From NCBI GenBank assembly GCA_951406725.2, contig OX597815.1, positions 115,692,001-115,756,000 on the forward strand: a stretch of DNA of 64,000 nt, written 5' to 3'. Below are positions 38,501-64,000 of this stretch, in pieces. Below the pieces are notes generated by a model. That model saw only the letters and a list, made by a program, of their open reading frames with translations. It was not told where the DNA came from and did no database searches. The translations under genes and the position numbers were made by a program. Positions within the stretch are counted from its first letter, which is position 1. Each line of letters begins with the position of its first letter. The DNA comes from Octopus vulgaris (lineage: Eukaryota).

Positions 38501-38577
38501 CATCAGTCTGTTTGTTTGATTGTGCAACTAGTTAATCAGTCAATTAGTTAATTGATTAGTCTAATAATAATAATAAT

Positions 38578-38995
38578 TCTTGGTACTATAGGCACAAGGC
38601 CTGAAATTTGGAGGAGGGGATAAGTCGATTATATTAAACCCAGCACTCAACTGGTACTTATTTTATTGACCCCCCAAAGGATGAAAGGCAAAGCTGACCT
38701 CAGCGGAATTTGAACTCAGAATGTAAGGACAGATGAAATGCCACTAAGCATTTTGCCCAGCGTTTCTAACAATTCTGTCAGCATGCTGCCTTAAGTAATA
38801 ATAATGGTTTCAAACTTTGGCACAAGACCAGCAATTAGGGGGATGGGGTAGTCGATTACATTAACTCCAGTGGTCAACTAGTACTTATTTTATTGACCCC
38901 GAGAGGGTGAAAGGTAAAGTCGACCACAGCGGAATTTGAACTCGGAACATAAAGACAAATGAAACACCACTAAGCATTTTACCCAGCATGCTATT
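38578..38995 (-). mobile_element. Two tandem SINEs of the 27434 family
   Basis: ctggtacttattttattgacccc...aaggatgaaaggcaaag...cggaatttgaactc present twice. Confidence 0.85.
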
Positions 38996-40117
38996 AGAAC
39001 CAGTGTGTGCTTATTATTAGCAGAATAACCTTCCCAGGCTACAAATACATATACAAAATACACACATACTAAAAAAAATGTTTACATATTAATAAAACTA
39101 CTAAAAAAATATAGATGTTAACAAGTAGCACACTAAATTGAATTTAAAAGTAAATTGGGTATTAAAAAAAGTGAATTAAAAAGCAATCAGCAGCATATGA
39201 TATTGAATATTTTATATGACACATTGTCATCACTTTTCTTTATTGTTACTATGGATGATGTTTGATGAAACACATTAAAAAATGTTATCTTCACACAAAA
39301 AAAGGATTAAGAACTTAGCTTTGGATCAGTATAGGATAATATAAAAGTAAGAGAAAGAGAGAGAAACTCAGGAAGTCTAATAAAAGCAAAGAGAAAGAGA
39401 GGCACAGGAGGTAAAAAATCAGAAATGAAAGAGGCACCAACAAAAGGAAAATAAGAACAAGCCATCTGATCAGGCAAGTGAAAGACAGTGTATTGCTCAC
39501 CACTACTCTGACAACATTTCTAAAGAGACTGATCACAAAATTAGGAATTATTATTTGTAAAGTAGATTAGAACTATGCTCCAGATTAGAGCAAATGAAAT
39601 TTAGAAGTGAAAAAGGAATGTAAAATATGGATTTTAAATGATTTTGACAGTAGAATTTACTGCAAAGATATCTACTGTATTTCATTAATACACATAAACA
39701 TGCACATTCAAACATACATTAGTGAGAGCAATTGTAATCCATAACATTATAAACCAAAAGATCCTAGTATGAGGTGCCAAGCCTTTTCCACAATGTATTT
39801 TACCATCATCCAAGAAGAAAAAAACTGACTATGTTAAAATATTTACAATCCTGATGACCGCTTACATATTCCTTCAAATTCTCCTATCCTAGTTGAAAAT
39901 CACACCAAATAAAGAATGAAAAATGAAGTAAATGTTTGCGATATCAAACATTATATGCAAGCTATTTACTTCATGTTTCCTGTATGAGTACAGCACATCC
40001 TGTAAGCACCAATCCTTAATATTTATTGATGCATTTTAATTGTTAAATTATGAATTAAAAACAATAAAGTGACAGTCAAGTCAAAATAATTTTCTATTTT
40101 CTCAGAATAATTTTAAC

Positions 40118-40330
40118 CATTTCTAAGACAGGCACAAAACCACATATTTGTAGGGAGGGATTAGTTGATTAAAATCAACCCCCAGTACTTTACTGGTACT
40201 TTATTTTATCAAGCCCAGAAGGATGAAAGGCAAAGTTGACCTTTGTGGGATTTGAACTACAAACATAAAGAGCTGTAACTAAATATGCCTCAAGGCATTT
40301 TGTCCAATGCTCTCATGATTCTGTCAATCC
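40118..40330 (-). mobile_element. SINE of the 27434 family, in the probable SCaMC 3' UTR
   Basis: ctggtactttattttatcaagcccagaaggatgaaaggcaaagttgacc. Confidence 0.78.
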
Positions 40331-40711
40331 CATTTATAAAAAAAATAAAACAAAACAAAAACAATAACATTAAGGCAGGTTTCTTTCCAGGAATGAATAT
40401 TCCATTATTCCATGTACTTGGTTATCTTGCATCTTGCAACAATAAAAACATTTTATCAAATTTCCAGTAGCAAACACTGTTTTAACATTTTCTTGAACAA
40501 TCTTTTTTTATATATAAGATCTTCATTTCTTAACTCTTATTGAGTCACTTTCTGCTTCCAGACTAGTTCTCAGGTCTTTTTTTGTTTTTTCACTGTACCT
40601 ATTTCTGTCTATGTTCTCAATGCAACGATAATGAGAACATGTAAGAGGGAGATAGAAACTGACCCCTTTTTTTTCTTTTTGTGTTGATGTTGAGTTCGTG
40701 AAATTAACATG

Positions 40712-59238
<18,527 letters not shown>

Positions 59239-60160
59239 CTGGATAGAGAGTGATGGACAGTATTCAAAAATGTTCAAAGGGTCAATCTTGGCAAATAGCA
59301 TGTGTTGAGGGGCAAGAAAAAGTGTTAGCATATTTCAACTTGACCAAATAACACTGTTTAGTGGAAGTATAAAAAAGAAAGGTACATAAAACAATCAGGT
59401 AGTAACAGAGAGTGATAGCATATCAGCTGTAAAAAACCGAAGGCCTGTAGCCGGTATAATAGTATGTCCTATATACTACATATGCTCTCTTCTCACATGC
59501 TCATATGTGAATGAGATTTTGAAGATAACACAGAATTAGCTATGACTAACAGTTACGTCATGAACATGTAATGGAATATTTTAATAGTTATATCATTGGC
59601 TTATTGCACAACCATTAAAAAAATTTTTTTTTTAAGGATTATATGTACAGATAAAAGATGAATAAATTAAACATTTACAAAAATACAGAATTTTATGAAA
59701 TTGCAACTTAAATTTTCTGTGTGGCAAAACAAGAGAATTGAACTGGCAGACATTATCTTGCTTCATTTAAGAGAAGTTTCAAAGTCTGTTTCTTAAATGT
59801 CAGTAAGTTATCTGTCTAGAAAACTTTCCCTTTTCCTTATCACACATTTTTTTCAATTTATTCCAATTAATAAAACTGCTTTAGAAAGCAGATAACATTC
59901 TAAGTGTCCCCTCATTTTAAGCATCACATGTATTTAGGGGAATACAATATTAATGAGGGCACTGTCACAATTATCAGATGAGATTTATTACTTTTGATCA
60001 GAATTTAAAATAGCAGGCATAATTAACAAGTTTTCTAACACCTGTATTAATTACTAAAATAGAAATAGTGAAATAGCTAAGGAAATTAAATAGTGAACAA
60101 TAAGCACTAATGTTACTGAGTGCTTATCTTCTGCAAGTTTATCCACACACACACACACAC

Positions 60161-60203
<43 letters not shown>

Positions 60204-60204
60204 C

Positions 60205-61210
60205 ACATCAGCCACAACTACAATCTCACTTGGTTCAACACCACTACCTCCATGAGGCCCAATACTTGAACAGTGCTTTTTACACTCCACTGCACAGGTA
60301 GAAGCTAGATGACACTGGCATCAGCCATGACTACGATTTCACTTGGATCGACAGGTCTTCACAAGCACAGCATATTGCCCAATGAATGAAGGGTGCTTTC
60401 AACAGGCCAACTACACAACACTAGCATCAGCCAGGACTACGATCACATTTGGCTTGACGGGTTTTCTCAAGCACAACATATCTCCAAAGGTCTCGGTCAC
60501 TTATTGCTTCTGTGAGGCCAACATTCGAAAATTGCGCTTCACCATCTCATCTCATGTCTTCCTGAGTTTACTTCTTCCACAGATTCTCTCTACCATCAGA
60601 GTGTGACACTTCCTCACTCAGCTGTCCTCATCCATATGCATCACATGATCATACCAGCACTGTCGTCTCTCTTGCACACCACATCTGATGCTTCATATCT
60701 GCAACTTTTCTCTCAGGACACTCATATTCAGAGGAGCACACTAGCTTCATTTCTTTCAAGCCTATGCATGTCCTCAGCAGTCACAGCCCATGTTCCACTG
60801 CTGTGTAGCATGACTGTTTGCAAAAAGGAATCATACAGTCTGCCTTTCATTCTGAGCAAGAGAGCCCTTGTTACCAGCAGAGGTAGAAGCCCTCTGAAAT
60901 TTACCCAGCTTATTCTTATTCTAGCAGCTACACTCTCAGAGCATCTAACCCAGTTACTGATTTGATCACCTAGGTAATAGAAGCTATGAACTACTTCTAG
61001 TTTTCCCTGCTGGCATGTGATGGAATCTATTTTCTGTACATTTTTGGTGTTTATTGTACATGTGCACCTTCCACACACAAAAACTATCTTCCCTGTTAAC
61101 CTTCCTTTAATACTGCTGCACCTCTTATGTGTCTATAGCCTACACTGGGTACATCTTATGGAGTTTCTACCTATACCTTTTCTACAGATCGAGTAGGGCG
61201 ACCTACCTGA
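60205..61210 (-). mobile_element. RTE LINE 3' fragment (PHD-like finger, RT C-terminus, 3' UTR)
   Basis: LEVVHSFYYLGDQ...VAARIRISWVNFRGLLPLL...KGRLYDSFLQTVMLHSSGTWAVTAEDMHRLERNE; homologous to 26290-27428. Confidence 0.92.
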
Positions 61211-61879
61211 ATATATCTTAGGTCCTGGTAGGGTTATAAAGGTAGAGTATTTCCCAAGAAGCACTCAACCCGAGTTCTGGGCTATCAACACTGTTGAATT
61301 CCAGACAAATACCAAAATTATTTCAGTGTAGAAAACAACAGTTTTACTGTCATGAAATATCATCATCATATTTTTATTATTATCATTACTACTATTATGA
61401 AGACAACATTGGTTATTGAAATACTGGGGATAGCGTATCCAGGGTCATATCCAGAGACACATTTATTTCAAACACTATTAAGACTGGTACTAAACACCAG
61501 CTTTAAAATCTCTATTCTTTAACGTCAGTGAAGATATTGTTATCATCGAAAAAGTTAACGCCTAAAGTGTTGCAACTCTCCTGGTTGTTGTTCTCTTTTA
61601 AGCTTAGACAAAAGAATATTTTATTGCTTTGGCAGTAGAATGTCAAACTAAGTACCTAATATTTACATCCCTCAATGTACTTGGTTCAGATTCCATCAAA
61701 ACTGACTGTATCTGTCATCGCCCCAAGGTCAATAAACACAAGTAAAATATTGGGGTTAATTCAGGTGAATATATTCATCCTTAAAAATGTATCATTTAAA
61801 AAAAAAATCACTACTACTACTATTTAAAGTTAGTAAAATAATAGACTATTATATAAACACCTTATATAATAGACTAAAA

Positions 61880-62212
61880 AAGCATCGGACAAAATGCCTT
61901 GCAGTATTTTTTTCTGGTCCTTTATATTCTGAGCTCAAATCCCATTGAGGTCAACTCTGCCTTTCATCATTCTGGGGGCCAATAAAATCAAGTACACATC
62001 AAAATACTGGGGCCCGATGGTGTCAATTAAAGCCTTCCCTCAAAATGGTTATTGACATTTTGTTCATCTTTACATTCTGAGCTGAAATTCCACCGAGGAT
62101 GACTTTGCCCTTCATCATTTCAGGGTTGATAAAATAAGTACCAGTAAAACACTGGAGTTGATATAATCGACTTAAACCTCTCTGCTGGTCTTGTGCCAAA
62201 ATTTGAAACCAT
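61880..62212 (+). mobile_element. Two tandem degenerate SINEs of the 27434 family
   Basis: ctgagctcaaatccc...gcctttcatc and ctgagctgaaattccaccgagg...tgataaaataagtaccag. Confidence 0.75.
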
Positions 62213-63075
62213 TATATAAAGGACAGTGGAATAGTTAGTGTTGAATAAAATATTTCACAGTATTTAATAACAGTCATTTACATTCTAAGTTCAAATACTA
62301 CTAAGGCTAAAATTGATATAATTGTTCCATCCCAACCCAATTTGTGGCCTTACGTATTTTTAAGAAATTATAATTATTACCAACACTATTACAGAGAAAG
62401 GATGATCAGTTACAACCTGTTTTTGATCTTTCTTCAGTAAAGACATCAGACACCATGTGATGATATTTATCTAACATATGAGAATGGTAAAACATTTACT
62501 TTTTTTGTTTCTTTCCTACTTTGAGTTAATAATTGATCATTTATTTCTTTTGATTTATGTCAATATGTTCTAAAAGCACACGGGTCCTCATCATTATAAT
62601 TGTCACTATCCCATGTGACCTAACAGTGTTATCTTAAAAAGTAGATTGTTTCTAAAATAAATTCAAGGTACTATCATGAGAAGTGGGGGCAATCTAAAAT
62701 AGATCAAACAGAAATCTCATGAGGAAAAGCTGAGTCATACTTCAATGGAAAGATATCCAGAATTATTATCTTATTTTACTATTTATAGACATACATTTAA
62801 TATTTTTAAAATATTAAGTGAATTATATAAAAATGTCAGCATGGAAAACAGACATTAAAGGATGATGATGAATGTGTAGCTATTGGTGCTTTATTTCTTT
62901 TAAACGGATGATTTATTGCAGAAAAATAATCCATCCAAAAAATTATATCTTGTTGTAAAATGCCTTTGTTAAAATTGATATGAATTACAGAACTGCTAGA
63001 GATTCACTTGAAAATCTGCCTCAACTTTCAGATTGAAGATAACCTTCTCTCAGTGTTCAGAGGGCCAAAACTCCC

Positions 63076-63287
63076 TTAAACTATTCAGCTTTTAAACTGG
63101 CCATATCCAACCCAAATATACTGCTTTATGTCCAAACTGGCCAGATCCAGTCTCTACACTTTATTCTAAAAATAAACAACCACATCATTGAAATCTCAAA
63201 GCTACGAGATAATGTATGATTAATTCAAACCAATGTGAATTGATAAGCAATACATTTGACAGAGTAATCTGAATGCTGATAGATTAA
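63076..63287. mobile_element. piggyBac-type MITE flanked by TTAA
   Basis: ttaaactattcagc...gaatgctgatagattaa degenerate TIRs; internal aaactggcca direct repeat. Confidence 0.6.
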
Positions 63288-63523
63288 ACAAACAGGCAAC
63301 CATTGGCGTAGGTGTTTTTCTAGCTATTTGAACCCACCAGCCATGTTGGGGCACTGCTGTTGTCAGTTATATTTACCTCACCATATTATACTGAACTTGG
63401 GTCATGTGATTAAGAAAATTTGCTTTGTAATAAGTTTACCTGAGGTTCAATACCACTGCCCTGCAGCGTTTCTTCTATCAAATCGTACCACATTTCATTC
63501 ACAAGAGTATGATGTTTTACATA

Positions 63524-63694
63524 GGCGTAGGAGTGGCTGTGTGGTAAGTAGCTTGCTTACGAACCACACGGTTTCGGGTTCAGTCCCACTGTGTAGCACC
63601 TTGGGCAAGTGTCTTCTACTATAGCCTCTGGCCGACCAAAGCCTTGTGAGTGAATTTGGTAGACGGAAACTGAAAAAAGACTGTTGTATATATG

Positions 63695-63725
<31 letters not shown>

Positions 63726-63950
63726 GTGTGTGTATATGTTTGTGTGTCTGTGTTTGTACACCCCAACATCACTTGACAACTGATGCTGGTGTGTTTACGT
63801 CCCTGTAACTTAGCAGTTCGGCAAAAGAGACCGACAGAATAAGTACTAAGCTTAGAAAGAATAAGTCCTAGGGTCGATTTGCTCGACTAAAGGCGGTGCT
63901 CCAGCATGGCCACAGCCAAATGACTGAAACAAGCAAGAGAGTAAAAGAGA
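63524..63950 (+). mobile_element. tRNA-derived SINE (OR-type), full length
   Basis: ggcgtaggagtggctgtgtggtaag...gggttcagtcccac head; ends atgactgaaacaag(caagaga). Confidence 0.9.
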
Positions 63951-64000
63951 ATTAATATTTTGATAAAATTCTATTTGACTGATCAATCTGTTTTACTCTA

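Noticed and set aside
59239-64000. EF-hand exons of SCaMC
   Set aside because: Searched by eye for DWNEWRD-like and EF-loop coding on the minus strand; none seen

Overview
AT-rich, repeat-dense animal genomic DNA. The SINE/RTE-tail repertoire and microsatellite load suggest Octopus (cephalopod); this is inferred from repeat recognition, not from a search. Host genes: (1) six coding exons on the minus strand (59238 to 40712) covering the carrier half of a calcium-binding mitochondrial ATP-Mg/Pi carrier (SCaMC, SLC25A23/24/25 family), with the EF-hand exons apparently beyond the right edge; (2) a 40-codon first exon at 18255-18136 (minus), absent from the ORF track, that resembles RIIAD1; (3) two identical, divergently oriented tRNA-Ser(AGA) genes. 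The rest is mobile DNA and repeats. It includes a LINE with an unusual Myb/SANT plus CCCH ORF1 and an APE endonuclease cut by a 100-N gap, RTE fragments with a PHD-like finger inside the RT, Tx1, mariner, Helitron-like, hAT and piggyBac remnants, many tRNA-derived SINEs, and Penelope-like palindromes carrying hammerhead-ribozyme relics. There is also a ~335-bp tandem array of about 11-12 copies, several MITE-like inverted repeats and local duplications. Most ORF-track entries are microsatellite or repeat noise.
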